Counted from the stretch's first letter, positions 17,813 to 27,715 are shown. The stretch: DNA of 64,000 bases from an uncultured Lachnospiraceae bacterium (GCA_947586255.1 CANPXP010000005.1:4914-68913); one strand, 5' to 3'. The notes: generated by a model not told the origin, from the sequence alone. Numbers and translations are program-made.

Positions 17813-20800
17813 ATGAACAGAGACAAGATCTTGGAAACGATTGAACTGCATAGAAAGAGGGATGACGGCAGGAAAAAGCTGTTCATCGCCGCCGCGCTTG
17901 CGGCTGTGCTGGCCGCTATAGCGGGCGCGCTCTATGGCGCTTTCCGGCTGGGTAAGAAGCGGGGCGTCAGGGAAGAGGCGGAGCGTGTCGCGGAGGAGCA
18001 GCGCGCCGAGAGCGAGAGAAGAGCTGCGGAGGAGCAGCGCGCGCAGACTGCGGTCAGACAGCCCGTTTACGTGGTGCATCCTCTGCCGTCGCAGAAGCCG
18101 GAGAGCGGGAAGAAGCGTTTCAGGAGACATCTGTGCGCAGCGCTGTCGACGATCCTTGTGATTTCGATGGTGGGATCGAGTACGCTGCCTTATGTGGAGC
18201 CGCCTACGGTGCTGGCGAAGGAATCCTTCTCCGGTATCGGCAAGATCGTGGAGGAGCACGGTGACGAACCTTATAAGATATTGGACATCGTTCCGGCGGA
18301 TGCCGAGTATTACGATACGCCGGAGTCTACGGAAGTGAGGGGCACTTATACCTTCCGGCTCGGCACGATGGGCTATCTGGTCAACGGACAGAACACTCTG
18401 CAGGCCGATCTGGCGGCAGCTTTTCAGAAAGGTCTTGAGGCGAAAGAACCCTTTTTTCTGGAGTTCAGTGATAGGGAAAAGCTGTTTCAGACCATAGCGG
18501 GGACTTCGGCGCCTTTCGGCCTGACTTACGAGGAGGCTTACGGCGGTGTGAGCGGCATGTCCACAGACGGATATACGCTGATCTATGATCCGACTGCGAA
18601 GAAAGAGGCTGAGAAAATCAGTGCGCCCGCTTCACCGCATAGTTTTATGCCGTTGGTGGAGAGTGAAAACGGCGACGGCGCGGGCGATACGAGCGAGCCG
18701 CAGGACAGTAATGATGGCGGCGATACGAGCGAGCCGCAGGGCAGTAACGGCAGCGAGAATATGGATGAGCCGCAGGGCGGTAACGGCGACACGAACATGG
18801 ATGAGCCGCAGGGCGGTAACGGCGGCGCGGATACAGGCGAGCCGGAAGAGAGCGGCGACGGCGCGGACAATACGGGCGAGACGGAAAATACCGGCGGCAA
18901 TATGTACAATACCAACAGTTTGCCGGGAGTGTCGCTGATAGAGACGAGCGGCGATTCGCCCGCTGTTGTGGGACGTACTTTCAAGGCTAGGGTGGAAGAT
19001 GCTAAAGGAAACGGCAATTATGATCCGGTAGAGCCTATTGCTCACGGCTTGAGAACGATGAGCCTGGCGGGTGATAACAGCGCTTCCGGGTCGCCCATTT
19101 ATGCTTACGGCGAATCCGGCGCACCTCTGCGTGTGACTTTTAAGCCCATAGGACCGGCAGCGGCGGGGTCGGCGGGCGGTTATGTGCTGAAGGACGTGCT
19201 CGGCACGATGGGTGACGGCGGACAGCCGGGGCCGTACACCACGGATATGACGGGCGTATACTACTATCATGACGACGACGGTAATTACACCTATGTGGAC
19301 ACCGTGGGAGGATTGCTCGGCAGGACTTATACGAGAGTTGAGAATTCGGGCGAGAGCGGCGGAAATAAAGAAAATAAAGAAGAACAGGAAAATAAAGAGA
19401 ATAAAAAAGAAGAGCAGTCCGGACAGACGACTCCGCCGGAGCAGGTGATTCCGCCAGAGCAGGTACTTCCACCCGGGGAGCAGCAGCCTTTGCCGGGCGG
19501 TGATATAGGCGAATCCCAGGGGCAGGGCGACGGCACAGGCGAATCCGAGGGACAGGGCGGCGATCCGGGCGAATCCGAGGAACAGGGCGGCAACACGGGA
19601 GAGCCTTCAGAGTCGGGCGGCGATCCGGGCAATACGGAGGGAAGCGGCGAACCGTCCGGGGGACAGTCCCAGCCGGAGGAAAGCACAGGCGGCTCTTCGA
19701 ATGAGGATGAAAATAATACGGGAAATAATACAGAGGTAATCAGCGATCCTGCCGACGGCGGTGAGGGCGACGGCGAGATACTCTCTTCGCGCGCGCTTCT
19801 CATGCGAAACGGCTGGTATCTGCTGGTAGAGGAAAACGCAGGCGATCCTGGCGATAGCGGTGAGGGGGATCCTGTTGGCGACGGTGAGGGCGATCCTTCC
19901 GGTGACGGTGAAGGAGAGCCTTCCGGTGATGGCGAAGGAGAGCCTGTAGGCGACAGTGAAGGCGATTCTATCGGCGACGGCACAGGTGATCCTGTTGGCG
20001 ACGGCGCGGGCGATCCTTCCGGTGACGGAGAAGGCGGTCCCGCGGATTCCGGGAATGATGAACAGTCCGACTCAGGGAATGACGATTCCGACGATCAGGA
20101 CGACGGCGGACAGTCGTTTTACTATGTCATGACCGGACTTTCCGATGAAGAGGTTTCCTGGGCGGATTATGAGAGCCTGTTTATCTGCACGTTTGCCTAT
20201 GATCCGCAGCCGGATGAGGGCGAGATGCTGTACGAGGTGCTCGATGTGCAGTCGGTTATCAAGGCGCCGGGATATCCCCTGTCCTATGACACTTACTATG
20301 CGAGTGAAAGTGCGGAAGGAAGCGAGGGTGAAAATACGGGGCTCAACGCGATGAACGCGCAGCTCGGAACGCCGCTCTTTACTCTGAACAATGGAGTTCC
20401 GTCTCCGATCGGTTCCGGCGGACTGGCTCCTTATGCGACGTCTGCGGGAAAGGTATATAGATATAATCCCGAAGGCAAAGGGGAGGTTAATCTTATCTAT
20501 GATACGAAGAATGGCGAGGAGATCACCGTGCAGGGCGCGCCGGTCTACATACGCTGCAGGACGAACGACTGGCTGAAGCAGTATGTGTTCAGTTCCCTGT
20601 CCGGCGGCGACAATGAGAGCAGTGATTTCTCCATCGATGTGACTACTCTGCGGGCGGACGAGGTGACGGCCGCGGATGTGAAGGAGGCAGATCTGGTATT
20701 CCTGGAGAGCGCGACCGGCAACGCAGTGCTCAATGTCAGAGATATGAAGTTAAATTATATCGGCGGAAAGAAGGAAACTGCCTATCCGGATATGAAGGAG

Positions 20801-23665
20801 GCTGCCGTGAGCGAGATTCTGCGCGAGGCGGCGGAAGACTTGAAGCCTGTGATCGTGGATTACGGGATCGCGGAGGACAGCACCTACTATAAGGATTCCA
20901 ATTATCAGCATCTCGCGCGGGCGCTCCTGAAGCGGGATCTGGCGGAGTTCGTCGAGGAGATGGACGCGAAGGATGACTTTGTCGCCAATGTGGGAATGAA
21001 TCTGGGCGATTCCAAAGCTTTCCCGGAGAAGGACGACAATGATTATAATTATGTAAATCAAAATATATATGTGGTGAACGGCGCACTTGTCAGCGAGGGA
21101 TTCCCCGAGAAGTTTGAGGAGGACGAGACGCGGGCGGGCTTTTCCGATGTGCTGTCCGCGATCAAGGCGGAGAATACGACGCTGTCCGAGGACGACCGCA
21201 TCTCAGAGTGGGTAAGTCCGGCGCGGGCGGTGCAGTATATCATCAATTTCTCCGTGGGCATTATCGGGGATTTCAGCAATCTGAAGATTCTGGAGTTGCA
21301 GCCCTCGGCGAACCTGAAGTCCGACTTTACGCTGGAGGATGAAAATACGAAGCTGCTCTGGAAGAAGGATTCTATGCGGACGGCGAAGCAGATTCTTTTC
21401 AGCAAGGACTCGATCGAGGCGCAGATTGACACGAAGGCCGTGGTGGAGTTCAACAGTGAGTGGGAGGACATCAACGGCATTTATGACATGGTATTCATCG
21501 GTCTGGACGGGCAGCGCCTGAACCGGAACGAGGACGGGGAGACGCGTTACAACAACGAGGATCTGAACGGCAAGGTTTACCATACGGGAGACGACTCGAG
21601 CGTCGGTACATACGATGCGAACGATCTGAGCACGCAGAAGATGGACGCTCTGCTGCACTATATGGCGGCGGGCTATCCGGTACTGGTGGAGAACGACTGC
21701 TTTGAGGAGGGTTCCGCACAGAAGGCGGACGGGGATGACATCAACACCGATTACATCCAGGAGGACTCGGTTATGTACCGGTTCCTGCAGACGGCGGTGA
21801 GCGACGAGCGCTATGAGGACTGCATCTTTACGGTGGCCGACGCGATGTCCAATTCCATGTTTATGACGCGCGTGCGCCTCGACAAGCCCAGGATCGAGCT
21901 GGTAGATGAGGATGGCGGGGAGACTTCTGCCGTGCAGACGCTTACGCGCGACGAGAACAACGAGTATCACGGAAGACTTTATTACAGAATCAAGGACAAT
22001 CACGGCGACGACTACAGCGGCGATGCGGTGGTGAACGTATACGCGGATTACAACCAGGACGGTTATTTCACGCCGGCGGAGAAGGTGACGGAATATATCA
22101 ACCAGGACAACATGCTGGATGTGGAGATCGCCGGCATGGGGCCGGGCGTTCTGCCATGGAAGGTGGAGGTGTCCGACGTCGGCAATGAGTACAGACGCGC
22201 CTCCGTGCAGGGCTATTTCGAGATGGGAAGCGACTCTTCGGATGAGCTGAAGGTACTGCAGATCACGGAGAAAAAGAACGATGTGGCGGCGGGAGTCGAC
22301 CTGCAGCTGATTTTCAATAAAAAGAAAGACTCCGTGCTCGCCCACTATCTGAAGGGCGCCGAGTCGATCCTGAACGCGGAGTGGCAGATCGAGTCCGTCA
22401 CTGCCGCGCAGCTGGAGACGAAGCTGGGCGAGAACGCCAATTATCTGTCGCAGTGGGATGTAGTCGTGCTGACGCTGGACGACGCCGCGGACAACGATGC
22501 GGTGACGAAGGCTGTGACCCGCTATGCGGAGGAGGGCAGGAGTCTGCTCGTATGCGGCCAGGATCCGGGAGACCAGCGGGCGGGCTTGAGTGCCGAGCTG
22601 CTGGGACAGACGGAAGGCAGGACCTATGTGAATCTGGGCGGCCGGGGCGCGAGCGATTATCAGCGCTATGACGGCTTAAAGGGCGATATGTACGACGGCA
22701 AGACGCTTCTTGAAGCGGAGCCGGTCAACAAGGGCAGCATTTCCAATTACCCTTATGTGATAGACGGAAAATTCCAGTTCGGCGAGGAGGGACTTCTCAA
22801 GGCGGCGACTTATCTGCTGGACTTCGAGGACAATCTGGCCAGCGAGGAGTATCTCTCCTACGTGACGCCGTGGTACACCTTCAGCAGCACGAATGTAGAC
22901 GGATCGGCTTACGGCATTTCGCCCAGAGACGGCCGCAACAATTATTACTGCTACAGCAAGGGCAACGTGTTCTATCTGGCGCAGTCGGCATACACCTACA
23001 CCTGTGATGAGGTGAGCGGCCCCGACGCGGGTGCGGCAGGCTCCGCTGAGTGCCGGTTCTTCGTGAACGCGCTGGTGGCGGCTTACAACGCAGGACTGCA
23101 CAACGCGCATGTCAATATCGTGGCCGGCTTTTCGCCCGACGCGGCGGACATCACGAGTATCTCCGTGCCTTTCGACGAGACCTGGACGACGTCGAGTAAC
23201 CTGACGTCGGCGGAGACAACGCCCGATGTGGAGGGCGGTATCGTGGGCGACACCGTGGAGGTATACTTCAAGTTCCGCGACAACAACTTCGCGCCGGAGA
23301 AGCTCGTGAGCGTGGGATTCTATTATGAGAATCCGGATGGCGGCGAGCTGGATATCGGCACGAAGTTGGTGAATGCGACACCGTTTGCGTCGGAGGTATG
23401 GTGCGTCACGGACAACAAGCTGGTGAAGCTGGGAGAAGGCGAGGAGCTGAAGCCCGGCAAGGTCTACCGCATCAACGCGCCGGTTGTGACGCTGAAGAAT
23501 ACCACGAGCCTCACCAGAGGCGACGCCGCTCAGCAGGAAATTGCGAACAAGGCGGATATCTATATCAGGCTGGAAACATCCTTCACCAGAGGCGGCAAGA
23601 ACTACAGCATCATCAGCTCCGACGCGGTATCCCTGAACAGGACCAGACTGTTCCTGTTGGAGTAA
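17813..23665 (+). CDS. 1950-aa pilus-associated surface protein, DUF5057-like
   Basis: KILELQPS, YDMVFIG, YYCYSKGNVFY..ECRFFVNALVAAY motifs; acidic tandem repeats; last gene of the pil operon. Confidence 0.7.
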   Translation: MNRDKILETIELHRKRDDGRKKLFIAAALAAVLAAIAGALYGAFRLGKKRGVREEAERVAEEQRAESERRAAEEQRAQTAVRQPVYVVHPLPSQKPESGKKRFRRHLCAALSTILVISMVGSSTLPYVEPPTVLAKESFSGIGKIVEEHGDEPYKILDIVPADAEYYDTPESTEVRGTYTFRLGTMGYLVNGQNTLQADLAAAFQKGLEAKEPFFLEFSDREKLFQTIAGTSAPFGLTYEEAYGGVSGMSTDGYTLIYDPTAKKEAEKISAPASPHSFMPLVESENGDGAGDTSEPQDSNDGGDTSEPQGSNGSENMDEPQGGNGDTNMDEPQGGNGGADTGEPEESGDGADNTGETENTGGNMYNTNSLPGVSLIETSGDSPAVVGRTFKARVEDAKGNGNYDPVEPIAHGLRTMSLAGDNSASGSPIYAYGESGAPLRVTFKPIGPAAAGSAGGYVLKDVLGTMGDGGQPGPYTTDMTGVYYYHDDDGNYTYVDTVGGLLGRTYTRVENSGESGGNKENKEEQENKENKKEEQSGQTTPPEQVIPPEQVLPPGEQQPLPGGDIGESQGQGDGTGESEGQGGDPGESEEQGGNTGEPSESGGDPGNTEGSGEPSGGQSQPEESTGGSSNEDENNTGNNTEVISDPADGGEGDGEILSSRALLMRNGWYLLVEENAGDPGDSGEGDPVGDGEGDPSGDGEGEPSGDGEGEPVGDSEGDSIGDGTGDPVGDGAGDPSGDGEGGPADSGNDEQSDSGNDDSDDQDDGGQSFYYVMTGLSDEEVSWADYESLFICTFAYDPQPDEGEMLYEVLDVQSVIKAPGYPLSYDTYYASESAEGSEGENTGLNAMNAQLGTPLFTLNNGVPSPIGSGGLAPYATSAGKVYRYNPEGKGEVNLIYDTKNGEEITVQGAPVYIRCRTNDWLKQYVFSSLSGGDNESSDFSIDVTTLRADEVTAADVKEADLVFLESATGNAVLNVRDMKLNYIGGKKETAYPDMKEAAVSEILREAAEDLKPVIVDYGIAEDSTYYKDSNYQHLARALLKRDLAEFVEEMDAKDDFVANVGMNLGDSKAFPEKDDNDYNYVNQNIYVVNGALVSEGFPEKFEEDETRAGFSDVLSAIKAENTTLSEDDRISEWVSPARAVQYIINFSVGIIGDFSNLKILELQPSANLKSDFTLEDENTKLLWKKDSMRTAKQILFSKDSIEAQIDTKAVVEFNSEWEDINGIYDMVFIGLDGQRLNRNEDGETRYNNEDLNGKVYHTGDDSSVGTYDANDLSTQKMDALLHYMAAGYPVLVENDCFEEGSAQKADGDDINTDYIQEDSVMYRFLQTAVSDERYEDCIFTVADAMSNSMFMTRVRLDKPRIELVDEDGGETSAVQTLTRDENNEYHGRLYYRIKDNHGDDYSGDAVVNVYADYNQDGYFTPAEKVTEYINQDNMLDVEIAGMGPGVLPWKVEVSDVGNEYRRASVQGYFEMGSDSSDELKVLQITEKKNDVAAGVDLQLIFNKKKDSVLAHYLKGAESILNAEWQIESVTAAQLETKLGENANYLSQWDVVVLTLDDAADNDAVTKAVTRYAEEGRSLLVCGQDPGDQRAGLSAELLGQTEGRTYVNLGGRGASDYQRYDGLKGDMYDGKTLLEAEPVNKGSISNYPYVIDGKFQFGEEGLLKAATYLLDFEDNLASEEYLSYVTPWYTFSSTNVDGSAYGISPRDGRNNYYCYSKGNVFYLAQSAYTYTCDEVSGPDAGAAGSAECRFFVNALVAAYNAGLHNAHVNIVAGFSPDAADITSISVPFDETWTTSSNLTSAETTPDVEGGIVGDTVEVYFKFRDNNFAPEKLVSVGFYYENPDGGELDIGTKLVNATPFASEVWCVTDNKLVKLGEGEELKPGKVYRINAPVVTLKNTTSLTRGDAAQQEIANKADIYIRLETSFTRGGKNYSIISSDAVSLNRTRLFLLE
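18680..18890 (+). repeat. 33-nt coding tandem repeat (GDTSEPQGxNx)
   Basis: GAGCCGCAGG recurs with a 33-nt period. Confidence 0.8.
19841..20040 (+). repeat. 24-nt coding tandem repeat (GDPSGDGE-like, ~8 units)
   Basis: Visible in both DNA and translation. Confidence 0.8.
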
Positions 23666-23669
23666 GCGA

Positions 23670-23701
23670 TTGACATATTTTTTTCAATACGGTATTATAA
23701 T
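23670..23701 (+). promoter_or_regulatory. strong sigma-A promoter
   Basis: TTGACA(23670)-17nt-TATTAT, overlapping TATAAT. Confidence 0.8.
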
Positions 23702-23705
23702 AGTG

Positions 23706-23830
23706 AAGACGGGCAACTTGAGTGTCGGTCAAAGCGTTGAAGTAAGGTGTTGTGCCGGAGGGCAGTGCCTTATGAGCTTTGTAAGGGTTTGACATTTACC
23801 ACAATTCGGCTAGACGGTGAAACGTTGAAA
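23706..23830 (+). ncRNA. candidate kink-turn / kissing-loop small RNA
   Basis: Stems CAAC/GTTG, AGTGTCGG/TTGACATT, CAAAGC/GCTTTG, TAAGG/CCTTA, TTTACC/GGTGAA; canonical K-turn; loop-loop pairing GCCGGA/TTCGGC. Confidence 0.7.
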
Positions 23831-23839
23831 GAAAATGTT

Positions 23840-23870
23840 AGAAAGGCTCTGCTTAGGCAGAGCTTTTCTG
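23840..23870 (+). terminator. intrinsic terminator between the RNA and the nuclease gene
   Basis: AGAAAGGCTCTGC-TTAG-GCAGAGCTTTTCT. Confidence 0.8.
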
Positions 23871-23897
23871 TTATTAAGGTACAGGCAGGATAAAACT

Positions 23898-24470
23898 ATG
23901 AACAATATTTATGATTGTGTTGCATCTTTTCAAGCTTTGCTTGACACGGAGTATCATCTGGTACTTGGTAGAAAGGGTGTGGCAGTGACATTGAGAATTA
24001 GATTTGATAAAAAAGACTGTTATCATCTAATGGGATTACAGTATTTGACAGATAGGGTTGAACTAAGGCGTGACAGGAGTGTTGTTTTTGATGAAATAAG
24101 AGATGGTATTATTACCGTGGCGCAAATCGAAGCGTCTGATTTTTACAAAAACATTGCAGAACGTGTGGATATGCTTCCCTTATTGGAGAATATGTTTGAC
24201 AGGAATGACACCATTTTTAAGTACAATCGGCGAAATAATATGTATTCTATGATAGAGGCAGATTATCTTATGAAAAACAGAGCAGGAAGCAGAAATGTGT
24301 TTGTTTTTTTGTCAAGGAAAACGGGAGATCAATATTATTGTCGCTCTTTTTTCCCGCAAAGTAAGAGGGATTATACAGAGAATCAGGCATCGTGGACTTT
24401 GTTGTATAAAGAAAAAATCAAATTATCGACAGCGGAATCACTTCTTTTATATGACAGATTGAAAAAATAA
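23898..24470 (+). CDS. PBECR4-like (BECR-fold) putative ribonuclease toxin, 190 aa
   Basis: F....YHLMGL and C-terminal Y.CRSFF motifs; AGGA RBS before ATG23898; low GC. Confidence 0.7.
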   Translation: MNNIYDCVASFQALLDTEYHLVLGRKGVAVTLRIRFDKKDCYHLMGLQYLTDRVELRRDRSVVFDEIRDGIITVAQIEASDFYKNIAERVDMLPLLENMFDRNDTIFKYNRRNNMYSMIEADYLMKNRAGSRNVFVFLSRKTGDQYYCRSFFPQSKRDYTENQASWTLLYKEKIKLSTAESLLLYDRLKK

Positions 24471-24590
24471 GATTGAAAATGTTTTTTCTGCGTTTCTTCT
24501 ATATATTAATATTATTAAAATGAGTCTGCTGTTTCGACTATTCATCTGTTCCGTAACAATTCCGATTCTCCAACTTCACAAATTTTTCCC

Positions 24591-24619
24591 TTGTCATCTC
24601 GCATAATTTAGTGTATAGT
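24591..24619 (+). promoter_or_regulatory. topA promoter
   Basis: TTGTCA-17nt-TATAGT. Confidence 0.65.
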
Positions 24620-24661
24620 GGTTTCCGTTAAATATCGTTTCGGAGAATAAGGGGAATTGTT

Positions 24662-26746
24662 ATGGCGAAATATCTGGTAATAGTTGAGTCACCGGCGAAA
24701 GTGAAGACGATCAAGAAATTCCTGGGCCCGAATTATGAGGTCGCCGCCAGCAACGGACACGTGCGGGATCTGCCGCGCAGCGTGCTGGGCATCGACGTGG
24801 AGCACGATTTCGAGCCCAAGTACATCACGATCAGGGGCAAGGGCGACATTCTGGCGAACCTGCGCAAAGAGGTGAAGAAGGCGGAAAAGGTCTATCTGGC
24901 GACGGACCCTGACCGCGAGGGGGAGGCCATTTCCTGGCACCTGCTCGCGGCCCTGAAGCTGGAGAACAAGAAGGTGTACCGCATCACCTTCAACGAGATC
25001 ACCAAGACGGCGGTGAAGGAATCGCTGAAGCACGCCAGAGAGATCAACATGGATCTGGTGGACGCGCAGCAGGCGCGCCGCTGTCTGGACCGCATGGTGG
25101 GCTACAGGATCTCGCCGGTGCTGTGGGCGAAGGTCAAGAGGGGCCTGAGCGCGGGCCGCGTGCAGTCCGTGGCGCTGCGCATTATCTGCGACAGGGAGGA
25201 GGAGATCAACGCCTTCATCCCGGAGGAGTACTGGACGCTCGACGCCATTCTGAGCGTGGAGGGGGAGAAGAAGCCTCTCGTGGCGAAATACTGCGGCACG
25301 TCGGAGGGAAGTAAGACGATCTCCTCCGCGGAGGAGCTTGCCGGGATCAGGAAGTCGCTCGACCACGCGCAGTACCGCGTCTCTTCCGTCAAAAACGGCG
25401 AGCGCGTGAAGAAGGCGCCGCAGCCTTTTACGACCTCCACGCTGCAGCAGGAGGCGAGCAAGCAGCTCAATTTTTCCACACAGAAGACGATGCGCCTGGC
25501 GCAGCAGCTCTATGAGGGCGTCGATATCAAGGGAAGCGACACGGTGGGTATCATCACCTATCTGCGTACGGACTCCACGAGGGTGTCCGAGGAGGCGGAG
25601 GTGATGGCGCGCGACTATATCGAGAAGCAGTACGGCGCGGCGTACGCGGCGGGCGGACAGGAGCGGAAGGACAGCAAGCAGAAGATCCAGGACGCCCACG
25701 AGGCGATTCGTCCCACGGACGTGAGCCGCACGCCGGCGGCGCTCAAGGATTCTCTCTCCAGAGATCAGTTCAGGCTCTATCAGCTGATCTGGCGGCGTTT
25801 TGTGGCGAGCCGTATGGCGAGCGCCGTGTACGAGACGACTTCCATCAGGATCAGCGCGGCAGACGCGGAATTCTCGGCGTCGTCCTCCAAGGTGAAGTTC
25901 GACGGCTTCATGAGCGTTTACATGGAAGACGATGAAAAAGAAGAAAACAACACGCTGATGAGTAAAATAACAACCGATACGAAACTGACGCTGCAAGGAC
26001 TGGAGGAAAAGCAGCACTTTACGCAGCCCGCGCCGCACTACACGGAGGCTTCCCTCGTGCGCGCGATGGAGGAACTGGGAATCGGGCGGCCGAGCACCTA
26101 CGCGCCCACGATCACGACGATCCTGGCAAGGCGCTATATCGTGAAGGAAAATAAAAACCTCTACGTGACGGAGCTGGGCGAGGTGGTGAACAACATGATG
26201 AAGGAGGCGTTCCCCTCCATCGTGGACGTCAACTTCACGGCGACGATGGAGGCGCTCTTAGACGGCGTCGAGGAAGGCAATGTGAAGTGGAAGACCGTGC
26301 TGGAGAACTTCTATCCGGATCTGGAGCAGGCGGTGGAGCAGGCGGAGAAGGAGCTGGACGAGGTGGAGATCGCCGACGAGCTGTCCGACGAGTACTGCGA
26401 GCTCTGCGGCAGGCAGATGGTGATCAAGTACGGCCCGCACGGCAGATTCCTCGCGTGCCCGGGCTTTCCGGAGTGCCGCAACACCAAGCCGTATTTTGAG
26501 AAAATCGGCGTTGCGTGCCCGAAGTGCGGCAAGGACATCGTCATGAAGAAGACGAAAAAGGGCAGGAAATACTACGGCTGTATCGACAATCCGGAGTGCG
26601 ATTTCATGGTCTGGCAGCGTCCGGTCAATGAGAAGTGCGACCGCTGCGGCTCCATCATGCTGCAGAAGGGCAATAAACTCGTGTGCGCGGACGAAAACTG
26701 CGGTTTTGTGAAGGACGCGCCGAAGGAGGAAGCCAAAATAATCTGA
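24662..26746 (+). CDS. topA: DNA topoisomerase I
   Basis: LVIVESPAK, ATDPDREGE, SAGRVQS, ITYLRTDS; C-terminal zinc ribbons. Confidence 0.98.
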   Translation: MAKYLVIVESPAKVKTIKKFLGPNYEVAASNGHVRDLPRSVLGIDVEHDFEPKYITIRGKGDILANLRKEVKKAEKVYLATDPDREGEAISWHLLAALKLENKKVYRITFNEITKTAVKESLKHAREINMDLVDAQQARRCLDRMVGYRISPVLWAKVKRGLSAGRVQSVALRIICDREEEINAFIPEEYWTLDAILSVEGEKKPLVAKYCGTSEGSKTISSAEELAGIRKSLDHAQYRVSSVKNGERVKKAPQPFTTSTLQQEASKQLNFSTQKTMRLAQQLYEGVDIKGSDTVGIITYLRTDSTRVSEEAEVMARDYIEKQYGAAYAAGGQERKDSKQKIQDAHEAIRPTDVSRTPAALKDSLSRDQFRLYQLIWRRFVASRMASAVYETTSIRISAADAEFSASSSKVKFDGFMSVYMEDDEKEENNTLMSKITTDTKLTLQGLEEKQHFTQPAPHYTEASLVRAMEELGIGRPSTYAPTITTILARRYIVKENKNLYVTELGEVVNNMMKEAFPSIVDVNFTATMEALLDGVEEGNVKWKTVLENFYPDLEQAVEQAEKELDEVEIADELSDEYCELCGRQMVIKYGPHGRFLACPGFPECRNTKPYFEKIGVACPKCGKDIVMKKTKKGRKYYGCIDNPECDFMVWQRPVNEKCDRCGSIMLQKGNKLVCADENCGFVKDAPKEEAKII

Positions 26747-26753
26747 AAATACA

Positions 26754-26782
26754 TTGATTATTGATAAATATTGTGATAAAAT
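26754..26782 (+). promoter_or_regulatory. codY promoter
   Basis: TTGATT-17nt-TAAAAT with extended TG. Confidence 0.55.
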
Positions 26783-26846
26783 CAAAGTACTTGGAATTGT
26801 GCGATTTTTCGGAATAATCGCAACATCTTAAGATAAGGGGTATCAC

Positions 26847-27635
26847 ATGAGCAGTGTTCAGTTGCTGGATAAGACGAGAAAGATAGGGAAACTTTTGCAC
26901 AACAACAATTCGGGCAAGGTGGTCTTCAACGATATCTGCGAGGTGCTGAAGGAGATCCTGATCTCCAACGTGCTCGTCATCAGCAGGAAGGGCAAGGTGC
27001 TCGGCATCGGCGACCAGGACTCGGTGGAGTCGATCACGGAGCTGATTGTGGATCATGTGGGAGGTTTTATTGATCCGATGCTGAATGAACGACTTTTGGC
27101 GGTGCTCTCCACGAAGGAGAACGTCAATCTGGAGACGCTGGGGTTTGAGAACATCGACACGAGGCGGTTTCGGGCGGTTATCACACCCATAGAGATCTCC
27201 GGCGAACGGCTGGGGACGCTCTTCATCTACAAGTGCGACGAGCAGTACGATATCGACGATATCATCCTGTGTGAGTACGGCACGACGGTGGTGGGGCTGG
27301 AGATGCTGCGGGCGGTGAGCGAGGAGAATGCGGAGGAGAACCGCAAGATCGCCGTGGTGAAGTCGGCGATCAGCACGCTCTCGTACTCGGAGATGGAGGC
27401 GATCACGCACATCTTCGACGAGCTGGGCGGCATGGAGGGAATCCTGGTGGCGAGCAAGATCGCGGACAAGGTCGGCATCACGCGGTCGGTCATCGTCAAC
27501 GCGCTGCGCAAGTTCGAGAGCGCGGGCGTCATCGAATCGAGGTCCTCCGGCATGAAGGGCACTTACATCAAGGTGCTGAACGACGTGGTCTTCGAGGAAG
27601 TGGAGAAGCTGAAGGAACAGACGATACACGCATAA
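26847..27635 (+). CDS. codY: GTP/BCAA-sensing regulator CodY
   Basis: ASKIADKVGITRSVIVNALRKFESAGVIESRS. Confidence 0.98.
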   Translation: MSSVQLLDKTRKIGKLLHNNNSGKVVFNDICEVLKEILISNVLVISRKGKVLGIGDQDSVESITELIVDHVGGFIDPMLNERLLAVLSTKENVNLETLGFENIDTRRFRAVITPIEISGERLGTLFIYKCDEQYDIDDIILCEYGTTVVGLEMLRAVSEENAEENRKIAVVKSAISTLSYSEMEAITHIFDELGGMEGILVASKIADKVGITRSVIVNALRKFESAGVIESRSSGMKGTYIKVLNDVVFEEVEKLKEQTIHA

Positions 27636-27667
27636 CATTCACAGGAAACGCATGGACGGCGCAGGGT

Positions 27668-27715
27668 AAAAGGATTTACGAGAAGCTTCGGCTTGGAGTA
27701 GATCCTTTTTCTTTG
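27668..27715 (+). terminator. terminator after codY
   Basis: AAAAGGATTTAC/GTAGATCCTTTT stem, T-rich tail. Confidence 0.6.

Noticed and set aside
18680-20040. CRISPR array
   Set aside because: Repeats are in-frame, degenerate, lack unique spacers and lie within a CDS; no cas genes
23706-23830. Lysine, SAM-I or c-di-GMP-II riboswitch (K-turn plus pseudoknot/kissing loop before a terminator)
   Set aside because: Lacks the lysine P4/P5 arms and AGAGGUGC core, the SAM-I AUC/GCAACC/GUGC core and the c-di-GMP-II conserved nucleotides; the downstream gene is not metabolic
23835-23897. Longer start for the PBECR4-like ORF given in the ORF track
   Set aside because: Runs through the terminator hairpin and has no RBS; ATG23898 has one
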